A stretch of 64,000 bases of DNA. It comes from Octopus vulgaris. Its lineage: Eukaryota. The notes under the pieces are model-generated. The model saw only the letters and a program-made list of their open reading frames with translations. It had not been told where the DNA came from and did not search any database. A program made the translations under genes and the position numbers. Below, in pieces: positions 12,168 through 24,240 of the stretch. Position 1 is the first letter of the stretch. Every line of letters starts with the position of its first letter. Where the stretch lies: positions 47,058,001 to 47,122,000 of the forward strand of contig OX597817.1 in NCBI GenBank assembly GCA_951406725.2. The letters are read 5' to 3'.

Positions 12168-12751
12168 GCTTCTGCTAATTTGTTGACGTAACATGATATC
12201 ATCCAGCAGGTAACGATGTTTTATATTTTGAATCCGGTTTCTCGTTGCAACAAGCTGATTGGTTAGTGTTTCATATAGAATTTAACTAGAACGTAACCGT
12301 TGTCTCTGCAGTTGCCATTTCTGTGTTTACCAAGAACTTGTTTCCATGGTGTGTGGTAGCATCTACACTTAACATTGACACCACCTCCAATAACAACAAC
12401 AACAACAACAACAGCAGCAGCAGAATTGCGACATATTGAATAATGAAGTTGTAAATTCATTGTCTTGGGAAAAAAGGAGGATGTCGGAACGAGGCTGAAC
12501 GGAGGCTGTCTGATAAAAGCTAGTATCCATAGCAACAACATTAGAAATATTTTACTTTTTTCACTCATTGAACTGCGGCCATGCTGGGGCGTCGCCTTGA
12601 AGAATTTCATCAAACAAATCAACATTAGCTTTTGCTTTTAAGTCTTGCACTTACTCTATCGGTTTCTTTTGCTAAATCGCTAAGTCAATGTGAGGAAAAC
12701 AAACCAACACCGGGAGTCAAGCAGTGATGGAGGACAAACGCAATCACAAAG

Positions 12752-12828
<77 letters not shown>

Positions 12829-12995
12829 TATATTTTTTTTTCTAGTTTCAGCTAAGAGCTGCGGCCATGCTGATGCACCGCCGTTATATATATATTCAAT
12901 AATAATAACGGGTAAAATTAATGAATTAATTAATAATTAATAATTTTACCAAGTAGTTCGGTATGTTACAAGAACCTCTATCGGTAACCTTATAC

Positions 12996-13459
<464 letters not shown>

Positions 13460-13558
13460 TATAAATATTAAAATTTCTAAGCGGTACTGGATATTAACAG
13501 TTATCGCCAAGCTAATATGGCTGTCCAGAAATATAGGACGAATGATTAGCTCCAAGAG

Positions 13559-13609
<51 letters not shown>

Positions 13610-13667
13610 GGTAAGATAACAAAAGAAAGAAAGAGACCTTAATATTATGTAAATAGAGGAAATTTAT

Positions 13668-13884
13668 CTATAAAATAATATGTTACAATTACTCAATAAT
13701 CAAGATAAAACTCTGAGTTTCAGATGCCGAAGTGGAAGTCCACAACACCATCTCTTCGGTTATCTGGCCATCTGAAAAACGCTATGAAAAAATACCGTTA
13801 TTTAAAGGAGATGGTGTTGTGGATTTCCACTTCGGCATATGAAACTCAGAGTTTTATCTTGACTATTGAGTAATTGTAACATAT

Positions 13885-13892
<8 letters not shown>
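13668..13892. mobile_element. Fold-back element with ~85-bp arms carrying a hammerhead-like motif
   Basis: 13669-13755 is inverted at 13808-13892; flanked by (TA)n. Confidence 0.8.
13704..13764 (-). ncRNA. Minimal type-I hammerhead ribozyme-like motif (variant core)
   Basis: Minus strand reads GATAA-CCGAAGA-GATG...CATC-T-GAAA-CTCAGAG-TT-TTATC. Stem I is a perfect 5 bp (GATAA/TTATC), stem III is palindromic CTC-A-GAG, triplet is GUU. The core has U4>C and an extra U before GAAA. Confidence 0.5.
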
Positions 13893-13916
<24 letters not shown>

Positions 13917-14114
13917 CCACACGCACATATATTTTCATATACAAATTATACTTACATACATATAACAGATAGATAAATACATACACATGCATACATATAT
14001 ATATATATACATATATATACATATATATATATACATACATATATATATATACACACACACACTTCGATTTTGGATTTGGTTTTCAAGATTCTTTATATGA
14101 GTTCGTGGTTGAAG

Positions 14115-14303
14115 CATATTCTGTTGTGTCTGGAGAGAGTCATTCTCTTTTAGTGCCTTATTATTTAACATACTCATCGGTTCACTTTCCTCTCATTTAC
14201 TTACTTATTCTTCCTAAGTAAACGAGTGGAAACTTTACCGGTGAGTGTGTTAACTAATAAAACACTAAAAGAGAATGATTCTCCCCAGACGCAACAAAAT
14301 ATA
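14115..14303. repeat. Fold-back element with ~65-bp arms (related fragment at about 27110-27168)
   Basis: TCTGGAGAGAGTCATTCTCTTTTAGTG...CTCATCGG pairs with CCGGTGAG...CACTAAAAGAGAATGATTCTCCCCAGA. Confidence 0.75.
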
Positions 14304-14316
14304 TATGTATGACACT

Positions 14317-14630
14317 CTTCGGTTACGACGACGAGAGTTCCAGTTGATCTGATCAACGGAACAGCATGCTCGTGAAATTAATGTGCAAGTGGTTGAGCAC
14401 TCCACAGACACGTGTACCCTTAACGTAGTTCTCGGGCAGATTCAGCGTGGCACAGAGTGTGACATGGCTGGCCCTTTGAAATACAGGTACAACAGAAACG
14501 GGAAAATAGAGTGAAAGAAAGTTGTGGTGAAAGAATACAGTAGGGTTTGCCATCAGTCGCTGCTGGAGCCTCGTGAAGCTTTAGGTGTTTTCACTCAATA
14601 AACACTCACAACACCCGGTCTGGGAATCGA
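14317..14630 (-). mobile_element. tRNA-derived SINE family C (head truncated)
   Basis: Reverse complement of the body of 19240-19625. Confidence 0.82.
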
Positions 14631-14649
14631 CTTATATACTCTTTTTCTT

Positions 14650-15049
14650 TTAATTCTTTTATTTGTTTCAGTCATTTGACTGCGGTCATGCTGGAGCACC
14701 CCCTTTAGTCGAGCAAATCGATTCCGGGACTTATTCTTAGTAAGCCTAGTATTTATTCTATCGGACCCTTTTGCCGAACTGCTAAGTTACGGGTACATAA
14801 ATACACCAGCATCGGTTGTCAAGCAATGCTAGGAGGACAAACACAGACACACAAAAAATACACGCACATACATATATATACACATATATACAATGGGCTT
14901 CTTTCAGTTACCGTCTACCAAATACACTCACAAGGCTTTGGTCGGCCCGAGGCTATAGTAGAAGACACTTGCCCAAGGTGCCACGCAGTGGGACTGAACC
15001 CGGAACTATGTGGCTGGTAAGCAAGCTACTTACCACGCAGTCACTCCTG

Positions 15050-15050
<1 letters not shown>
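14650..15050 (-). mobile_element. SINE family B, near full length
   Basis: Same head, core and tail as the other B copies. Confidence 0.88.
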
Positions 15051-15108
<58 letters not shown>

Positions 15109-15950
15109 TACCACTACTTCCACCACGACTATCAACAGAACCACCACCACAGCTACCACTCTGGTCACTACCACTACTACTGCGTCTAACATCACAACAA
15201 TGGCTACCATCTCTACAACTACTACTGCTACTTCTACCACCGTCAACACTACCACCACCCCTATCCACTACCACCAGCATCACCTCTAACACCACCAATT
15301 CCCTCACCACCACTAACGCCACCACTACTACCTTCACCAACAACAACCATCATCATTATCAACATCACCAACATATTTAAAGCCACCACCATCGCCATCA
15401 TATCGTCGTCGTCGTCGTCTTTAATTATCAACAACTACAACAATAACATTTCCTAGTCTCGTATTTTATTGCTCTATTTTTTTTTATTTATTCTTTTCGT
15501 TTCCTTTATTATTTTTTTGTTTTTCTTCTTTCTGTTTTATTTTATTTTCTATTCTGCATTGCACAGCTTGCTGCCTTTTATTGTTGGTATTGTTTCACCA
15601 GCGGACATCAGACATTTCTGCATGTGTGTATGTATGTATCTACGTGTATCTGATTGTGTGCACGTGTGAAGATGTATCTTTTATTGTTTCCCTTTTATCT
15701 TCTACTTGTTTCAGTCATTAGACAGTGGCCATGCTGGGGCATCACTTTGAAGGAGTTTTAATTGCATAAATGGACCCTGGTATTTATTTTTTAAAAGCCT
15801 GGTACTTATTCCATCGGTTTCCGTAACTTGCCGAACTGCAAAGTTTCGGGGACGTAAACACAACAATACTGATTTGTCAAGCAGCGGTAGAGAACGAACA
15901 CAGACAAAAACACGCACACACACATGAACACATACGTGTGTGTGTATATG

Positions 15951-16232
15951 TGGAGGCGCAACGGCCCAGTGTTTAGAGCAGCGGAAATGCGGTCGTAAGA
16001 TCGCGGTTTCGATTCCCAGACAGTGCGTTGTGAATGTATATTGAGCGAAAGAGTGAATGTTTATTGAGTGAAAAAGTACGGCAGTGTTTGCCACCAACTC
16101 CTGCCGGAGCCTCGTGGAACTTTAGGTGTTTTCGCTCAATAAACACTCACAACGTCCGGTCTGGGAATCGAAACCGCGATCCTACGACCGCAAATCCGCT
16201 GCCCTAAAACTGGTCCACTTCGCCTCCACACT
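15951..16232. mobile_element. Two SINE family C heads in inverted, converging orientation
   Basis: GGAGGCGCAACGGCCCAGTG... on the plus strand at 15951 and its reverse complement ending at about 16230. Confidence 0.7.
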
Positions 16233-16263
16233 GTGCAAGTAATTGGCTGAGCACTCCACAGTC

Positions 16264-16495
16264 AAGCGGACCCTTAACGTAATTCTCAGGAAGATTCAGC
16301 GAGACACACCGAGTGTGACAAGAGTTGCCAATTGAATTGTGGACTGCAGCAGCATGACATAAAGTGTTGTGGTCAACATCAAGCGGACTCTTAACGTAAT
16401 TCTCAGGAAGATTCAGCGAGACACACCGAGTGTGACAAGAGTTGCCAATTGAATTGTGGACTGCAGCAGCATGACATAAAGTGTTGTGGTCAACA
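16264..16495. repeat. 117-bp tandem duplication inside a SINE-derived segment
   Basis: AAGCGGAC(C/T)CTTAACGTAATTCTCAGG...GTGTTGTGGTCAACA at 16264 and 16381. Confidence 0.9.
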
Positions 16496-16925
16496 AACAC
16501 AACACGAGGCCAGGAAACGAACTCGCGACTTTGTGATCGTGAGCCAAATACACTTAAACCAAGCACCTTCACCGTTTGCCTGCATATCGTTTTATTTTAT
16601 TATACATATACATAGGCGCAGATGTGGCTTTGTGGTAAGAAGCCTGCTTCCAAACACATGGTTCCGGGTTCTGTCCCATTGCGGGGCATTTTGGGCAAGT
16701 ATCTTCTACTACAGCCTCGGGCCAACCAAAGCCTTATGAGTAAATTTGGTAGACGGAAACTAAAAGAAGCCCGTCGTATATATATATACATATATTTAAC
16801 AGAAATACGGTTCAAAGAGTAAGAGAATACACGTGGTATAAAAAGGGGAAAAGTAAAGAGAAAATGCGCATTGGATATAAAAAAATAAAGGCTTTTTTAA
16901 TGAAAAGTAACGATGTATATATATA

Positions 16926-18174
16926 TTGGATTGGCAACTATGTTCCCGCCGTTTTTTTAAATTTGGGAATTTTTTTTTTTTTTGAGAATTCTATTTTTGA
17001 ATCATTTTGGAATGTATTTTGTTTTTGTTTTGTTTTTCTAGTTAATTTTTTGTTAATTTTTGTTTATTTTCAGATCATTAAAATGGAATGTTAAGTTAAG
17101 AAAAACGAACATTTTCGACACCTCGTTCTTTTTGCTTTTAATCAAGGCTCTAAGGCCGCAAAAGCTGCTTTGTATGGAGAGGGTGCCATAGCTGAAAAAA
17201 CCGCTCGTGATTGATATGCGAAATTAAAAACTGAAAATTTTGACCTCAAAGACGCACCTCGTTCTGGCCGTCCAGTTGAGTTAGATGAGAGCGATTAAAC
17301 CAACTTTTGCCCGAAAATTCTCATCAAACGACAAGGGAACTGGCAGAGAAAATGGAATGCTCCCACACTGCTATAGAGAAGCATCTTCACTCGATGGGAA
17401 AGGTTCAGAAGTATGGAGCATGAGTTCCACATACATTAAGAGAGAACAAAAATCAACGAGCCACAATCTCTGCTGGTTTGCTTACCTGTCATCGCTCAAC
17501 TCATGGACACAAGCAACAATGTCTTTACCGAATCGTTACCGGCGACGAAAAATGGTGCCTGTACATCAATATGAAGCAGCATAAGGAATGGCTTAGCCCC
17601 GGTAAACAAGCGACACCACGCGTGAAACAAGATCTTCATCCGCGTAAAACGATGTTGTGCGTATGGTGGGACCGGGAAGGGATTATCCATTACGAATTGC
17701 TTGAACGGAACCAAACGGTCAACGTGGAACTCTATGTTCAACAGATGGAACGACTCAACATGACTATTCAAGAGAAAATACCTAATCGGCAGCATGGAGT
17801 TCTTCTGCTGCACGACAACGCCCGCCCTCATATCACCAATATGACCAAGGAAGCCATTCAAACGCATGGCTGGGAAGTGCTGCCATACCCACCGTACTCT
17901 CCTGATTTCCACCTCTTCCGATCTCTTTCAAATGCTATGCGCGGAGTTTCGTTCAATACTGATGCAGAAATGAGAGCTTTGTTGGATCGATTTTTGCGAG
18001 TCGAAATCGGGTGTTTTCTACAAACGAGGTATTGAAAATCTTGTTGAACGTTGGGGAAAAGTTGTAAACAACAAGGGTGAATACATTATTGATTGATTAG
18101 TTGTTGTTTTTTTTATTAAACCTTTTAAAAAAATTAAATTTAATAAAACGGCGGAAACTTAGTTGCCAGCCCAA
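16926..18174 (+). mobile_element. Full-length decayed mariner transposon (mellifera-like TIRs), 1249 bp
   Basis: TIRs TTGGATTGGCAACTATGTTCCCGCCGTTTT and AAAACGGCGGAAACTTAGTTGCCAGCCCAA; TA TSDs at 16924-16925 and 18175-18176. Confidence 0.95.
17083..18096 (+). pseudogene. Mariner DD34D transposase pseudogene
   Basis: MEC*VKKNEHFRH start, DAPRSGRP, *VPH (for WVPH), IVTGDEKW, LLHDNARPH, PYSPD-FHLF (LAPSD-type segment deleted), ..VVNNKGEYIID*. Contains stops and frameshifts. Confidence 0.93.
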
Positions 18175-18456
18175 TACAATTAGATGAACTGAGGTAGAAT
18201 TAAGAGGTATAAAAGTCATTATAACTTTTAAAGAAAATTCTGAGTCATACCGGTATCGTCAAAGTCAGTGAACAGCTTTTGACGATACCGGTATGACTCT
18301 CAATCTTCTTTAACAATTCATAATAATGACTTTTATACCTCTTAATTCTACCTCCGTTCATCTAATTGTATATATATATCGTTACTTTTCATAAAAAAAG
18401 CCTTTATTTTTTTATATCCAATGTGCATTTTCTTTTTTTCGTTTTTACTTTTCCCC

Positions 18457-18492
<36 letters not shown>

Positions 18493-18750
18493 TGTATGTA
18501 TGTATGTATGTGTGTATGTGTGTATGTGTGTGTATGTGTGTGTATGTATGTATGTGTTTGTCCCACCCACCTTCGCTTGACAACCGATGTTGATGTTTTT
18601 ACGTCCCCGTAACTTGACGGTTCGGTAAAAGAGACCGATAAAATAAGTACTGAGCTTACAAAGAACAAGACCCGGGTTCGATTTGTTCGACTAAAAGCAA
18701 TGCTCCAGCATGGCCGCACTCTAATGACTGAAACAATTAAAAGTAATACG

Positions 18751-18797
<47 letters not shown>

Positions 18798-19239
18798 GCG
18801 CCTGTGTGTGTGTGTGTGCACAGAAGTACTATTTTATAAATTCTATTTTCAATTCAGTCATCCTCTCTTGAATGCTAAGTACCAGTTCTCTGGACATTTC
18901 GCTTCAAAGAACTTGAATAAAAAAATATATTAGCAATGCCTCATCTATTATTATTATCATCATTCTTACTCCCGCAGTTTTGATTGCATGTATTGGTTGT
19001 TTATTACTCCAAGACTACACTCTGTTACTGTTCGCTTCACTAGTAATACTAGTCATCCGGTAGTCCTACTACGGAGATTTCGGTCTCTAAAGACAAGAAC
19101 TCACCAATTTAGAAACATCATTTTCTCCAGTATTATTCTCCGTATCCTAAATGAATGAACAACCAGGAAGTGATTGAAACCAACAGCCATTATTTAAAGC
19201 TATATTTTTACGGCTTTGTTTGTCTGTTATTTATCTGTG

Positions 19240-19625
19240 TGGAGGTGCAATGGCCCAGTGGTTAGGGCAGCGGACTCGCGGTCATAGGCTCGCGGTTTCG
19301 ATTCCCAGACCGGGCGTTGTGAGTGTTTATTGAGCGAAAACACCTAAAGCTCCACGAGGCTCCGGCAGGGGATGGTGGTGATCCCAGCTGTACTCTTTCA
19401 CCACAACTTTCTCTCACTCTTACTTCATGTTTCTGTTGTACCTGTATTTCAAGGGGACGGCCTTGTCACTCTCTGTGTCACGCTGAATATCCCCGAGAAC
19501 TACGTTAAGGGTGCACGTGTCTGTGGAGTGCTCAGCCACTTACACGTTAATTTCACGAGCAGGCCGTTCCGTTGATTCGGATCAACCGGAACCCTCATCG
19601 TCGTAACCGACGGAGTGCTTCCATC
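19240..19625 (+). mobile_element. Full-length tRNA-derived SINE family C (tRNA-Arg-like head; resembles octopus OR-type SINEs)
   Basis: A box TGGCCCAGTGG, GGACTCGCGGTC loop region, B box GTTTCGATTCC. Confidence 0.85.
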
Positions 19626-20204
19626 CACCATTTATCTGTAAATGAAAATAAACAAACTGTTTGATATTTTCCATATATATTATTCGATTCGAGGGAAACA
19701 AGATAATATTCTAAGGGAGTGTCTTTTTTTTTTTGGTTTTTTGTGGGGTTTCTTCTGTTTATTTTTCTAGTGCGTGCACTTTCTCTGACAAAATATCAAC
19801 CAAATCTTGGCACACGTTCTAATTTTGCGTCCGTTTCCTGTATCGGATTTTACATCTCTATAACAAAATTTCAGGGTTATAGGGTTCAAGCCAGACAGTT
19901 GCAGATAAGGGGAAATAAACTGATAATTTACATTTAAATCATAAGACAGAAAAAAAAATAATATTATGAATAATGGAGTGTGTTTGCATCTTTATCATCA
20001 TACCTCGTGGACATCGCACCAGCATATTCTGACTGGTATTATGCTTTCTACAAAAGGGCAATAAATTAAGTACCAGTTGTATACTGGAGTCGATTTGATC
20101 GCCTGCTCCCCACTTTCCAAAATTTTCACCCCTTGTGCCTAGAGTAGAAGAGAATATGTTTTGTACACAAGGGCGGCGAGCTGGCAGAAATGTTAGCTTC
20201 ATTC

Positions 20205-20656
20205 GGATCATTTCGGTTTGAACGGCAGTTTTTTCTAGCGGTGTCATATGAAATTATCATCCATAATTATGGCCCTTGTATCGATCTATTGCATTTCAAT
20301 CTGTTTTAGGGTTAGAGTTAGGGTTAGTTAGGGTTAGTTGGGGTTAGTTGAGGTTAGGGTTAGGGTTAAGGTGGGGGAAGGGTATCTTTTTTTCTTCAGA
20401 AATGTAAATAAACCCAATCTGTTTCTTAAACGAGGGACATATTCATACGGCACAGACCTCAATAGACGTCAGTGATTGGTTGAATTTGCAGAAATTGAAG
20501 AAAAAAAACAACAAATATCTTACAAACTAGAATTTTCTCAATAAAGCCAAGAGAAAAAGATGTTTTATAAACACATTCTACCAGTATACGAAGTTTAAAA
20601 GTGTTTAGTTACGTGGAAATTATTTTTAAAAACTGCTGGTCAAACCGAAAAGATCC
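20205..20656 (+). mobile_element. MITE with GGATC.. TIRs, 8-bp TSD and internal TTAGGG-like repeats
   Basis: TIRs GGATCATTTCGGTTTGAACGGCAGTTTT and AAAACTGCTGGTCAAACCGAAAAGATCC; TSD CTTCATTC / CTTCAGTC. Confidence 0.88.
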
Positions 20657-20699
20657 CTTCAGTCTATGCATTGCCCTTCACCGACTGAGAAAAATCAAA

Positions 20700-21418
20700 A
20701 AGAAGTCAAGAAGGAACCAGAAAGAGTGGAGGAGATACAACTAAATGAAGACGAATTGTGGATATCGGTAGAAAAGAAAAATCAGAGGAAGTGAAAGAAA
20801 GCAGGCTAGACTGAATGTGAACCCCCAATCCACACCTTCTCAATCCCACCTTCCACCGCAAACACCAAACCAACCCATTCCCCTCCGACACAAATCAAAA
20901 CAAAGGCACCGACACACAGAAACCCACAAACTTCCCTCTCCCACTCAAAGTTATTTTGCATGTATGTTGTTTGAAGGTGTAGATGGGGAACTGATTAACA
21001 AAGCAACGAGATGGAAGAACACAGTGTTTATTGAGGTGGAAGGAAAGACAAATGTTAAGGAGTGGTGTATATGTATTTTAGTACCAGACAAGCAGAAGAA
21101 TGAGATAGAAAAGTATAAAGGTGAGTACGAGTGTTGGAGAGGGAACTATGATATGAAAGGGTTGCCGGAGAATAGAGAGTATGAAGAACTTATAAAAGAA
21201 TATATGGACTGGATATATTGGAAGGTACGGAATTTAAAGGAAAAATGGAAGTAAGTGAAACTACTCGGAGGTGGGGCGAATAGCTTCATTTTAATTTTTC
21301 CATTTTCATTTTTCATTCATGTTTATCATTCGCTGTCCTGTGTTTCCTTCTTGCTTTGTGTCCCCACACATTTCTGTATTGTCCCTTCTATATTCGCCCC
21401 CAGCGGATAATAAAAAAA
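20700..21418 (+). mobile_element. Probable retroposed segment with a short unknown ORF (20817-21254) and an L1-like 3' tail
   Basis: Purine-rich ORF of ordinary complexity, then TGTCCTGTG...TGTCCCTTCTAT...AATAATAAAAAAA resembling the tails at 47370-47440 and 55450-55505. Confidence 0.4.
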
Positions 21419-21419
21419 T

Positions 21420-22045
21420 TCAGAAACGTTAGCACGCCGGGCGAAATGCGTAGCCGTATTTCGTCTGCCGTTACGTTCTGAGTTCAAATTCCGCCGAGGT
21501 CCACTTTGCCTTTCATCCTTTCGGGGTCGATAAATTAAATACCAGTTGCGCACTGGGATTGATCTAATCGACTGCTCCCCTCCCCAAAAAAATTTCGGCC
21601 TTTGTGACTAGAAAAGAAAAGAATATAAGCAGTGCCAAGGCGGCGAGCTGGCTAAATCGCTAGCACGGCGGGAGAAATGCTTAGCGGTATTTCGTCTGCC
21701 GCTACGTTCTGAGTTCAAATTCCGCCGAGGTCGACTTTGCTTTTCATCCTTTCGGGTCGATTAAATACGTACCAATTATGCACTGGGGTCGATATAATCG
21801 ACTTAATTCGTTTGTCTGTCCTTGTTTGTCCTCTCTGTGTTTAGCCCTCTTGTGGGTAGTAAAGAAATAGAAATAGGTATTTCGTCTGTCATTACGTTCT
21901 GACTTCAAATTCCGCCAAGGTTGACTTTGCCTTTCATCCTTTCGGAGTCGATAAATTAAGTACTAGTTACGCACTGGGGTCGATGTAATCGACTAGTGCC
22001 TTCCCCCAAATTTCAGGCCTTGTGCCTAGAGTAGAAAGGAGGATT
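21420..22045 (+). mobile_element. Cluster of SINE family A copies
   Basis: Three A-type units. Confidence 0.85.
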
Positions 22046-22127
22046 ATTATTATTGAGCTGGCAGAATCGTTAAGCACTTTCTCTTTATTCACCCATATAA
22101 AGATAAATATGGTCACATACATAACCA

Positions 22128-22560
22128 GAGAGAGAGGGAGATTAAGGAAGGGACAAACAGAAAGATAGAGAGACAGACAGACAGAACAGGACAGAGAGGG
22201 ACAGAATAGAACAGAGAGAGACAGAGCAGGGCAGAGAGAGAGAGGGGGGCAGGACAGAGAGGGACAGAGTAGGACAGAGAGGGAGAGAGAGAGAGGGTGG
22301 CAGGACAGAGAGAGAGAGGGCAGGACAGAGAGAGAGAGGGCAGGACAGAGAGGAACAGAGTTGGACAGAGAGAGAGAGTAGGACAGGGAGAGAGAGCAGG
22401 ACAGAGAAAGCGCAGGAGAGAGAGAGAGAGCAGGACAGCGAAAGAGCAGGAGAGAGAGAGAAAGAGAACAGGACAGAGAGAGAGAGAGCAGGACAGAGGA
22501 AGAGCAAGACAGAGAGAGGAGGACACAGAGAGAGAAAGCTGGCCAGAGAGAGATAGAAAG
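22128..22560. repeat. Polypurine minisatellite built from GCAGGACAGAGAG(AG)n units
   Basis: About 430 bp, almost free of T on the plus strand. Confidence 0.9.
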
Positions 22561-22661
22561 AGCTTACAATTTATTTATTGAACATGATAGACAAAAACAC
22601 TTTCTCTCTACTCATCATATAAAGAGGGGGAGAGAGAGAGAGAGAGAGAGAGAGATGAAGG

Positions 22662-23265
22662 TGCAGAGAATGAAAAAACTATTAAACCGAATGGAACATT
22701 AAAAGGTTTGATGTCAAACAGGTCAGCGTTGAATCAGCAGCGCCAAATAGGCGGGGCCGAAACGTCTCAAAATCGGTTTAACACCACCATCGAACGCTTT
22801 ACAAACATTCAGTTTCAGTATTTTAGGACAACCATCTTCTAACTACTCTGAGAGGCTTTCTGTAAAAGATCATGAGCGCTACTCTACATCTTTTGGCTAA
22901 ACCATAAAAAAAGGCCATAGGCATCTCAATGGTCTGACCCAATCGAGAATTAAATGCAGAGAATGAAAGAACTATTAAAACGAGTGAGACTTTAAAAGGT
23001 CTGATATCAAGTAGGTCAGCGTTGAATCAGCAACGCCAAATAGGCGGTGCCGAAACGTCTCAAAATCGGTTTAACACCGCCATCGAACGCTTTACAAACA
23101 TTCAGGTTCCGTATTTTAAGACAACTTAATACCATCCTCTAACTACACTTAGATGCCTTCTGTAAAAGATCATGAGCGCTATTCTGCATCTTCTGACTAA
23201 ACCATAAAAAAAAAACACAAAAGCTATAGGCATCTCAATAGTCTGACCCAATCGAGAGTTAAATG
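22662..23265. repeat. Diverged tandem duplication of a ~295-310-bp unit
   Basis: Units start TGCAGAGAATGAAA at 22662 and 22955; both contain GGTCAGCGTTGAATCAGC..GCCAAATAGGCGG.GCCGAAACGTCTCAAAATCGG. Confidence 0.9.
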
Positions 23266-23646
23266 TCTTGCTCTTGAACTGTCAGGCTATAAACCGAAAC
23301 TCTACAAACTTGTCCAGTTATCATTCTGTAGTTTGTTAACCTCTCTAGGTTCTGTGACAAAGATCTTTATGAACGATTAAAAAGCTCTCTTATGAATTTT
23401 TCGTTCTTTTATGCCGCAGTAAATTTTGTCAACATTTTCATTTGCTGGTCAATATTTTATTTTTATATATACATTTTTTTTTATTTCTTTTAGAGCAAGA
23501 AAACAGTTTTGTCTGTTTCTTTTTCTTTTTGTTCGTTAATTTGTTTTTGTATAGTTGCTAAGGTACATCTATTTGTTGGAACTTTTACGTCTTTACCGTA
23601 TTTATTTTACTGGCTCGTCTAAGATATGTATATATATATGTATATT

Positions 23647-23685
<39 letters not shown>

Positions 23686-23792
23686 TCATACATATGTTTC
23701 GCATGTATATATGCACATGTATATAAGTATGTATATATATGTGTGTATGTTTATGTATATATATGTACATATATATATATATACAAATATAC

Positions 23793-23830
<38 letters not shown>

Positions 23831-23886
23831 ACTAGTATATATATTATATATGAATATATATATATATACATGTATGTATATACATG

Positions 23887-23938
<52 letters not shown>

Positions 23939-24147
23939 TGTGTATGTATATATAAATATACGTATGTATGTGTACATATATATATACATATATATATATA
24001 TATTTATATGTGTATGTATGTATATATATATATATATATTTGTTGATGTTGTTGTTCCAAATCTTATTGATATTGTATTTTCAAATTGTTTTCATCTTCA
24101 TGTTAACAATTTGTTCCTATCTTTATTTCTATATCAGTCGTTTCTTT

Positions 24148-24197
<50 letters not shown>

Positions 24198-24202
24198 TAT
24201 CA

Positions 24203-24240
<38 letters not shown>

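Larger units (their letters stand above)
16843..18457. repeat. Fold-back element (~170-bp arms) whose left arm is interrupted by the mariner
   Basis: 16843-16925 joined to 18175-18265 is the reverse complement of 18278-18457; central hairpin GAGTCATACCGGTATCGTCAAA / TTTGACGATACCGGTATGACTC. Confidence 0.85.
16612..18745 (+). mobile_element. SINE family B split by nested insertions (5' half 16612-16780, 3' half about 18555-18745)
   Basis: Both halves are in the same orientation around the internal microsatellite. Confidence 0.65.

Noticed and set aside
19240-19315. Functional tRNA-Arg gene (also at 43138 and 46157)
   Set aside because: No closed cloverleaf, and it continues into a SINE body in multiple copies.
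20305-20375. Telomere or chromosome-fusion relic
   Set aside because: The TTAGGG-like tract is internal to a MITE present twice in the window.
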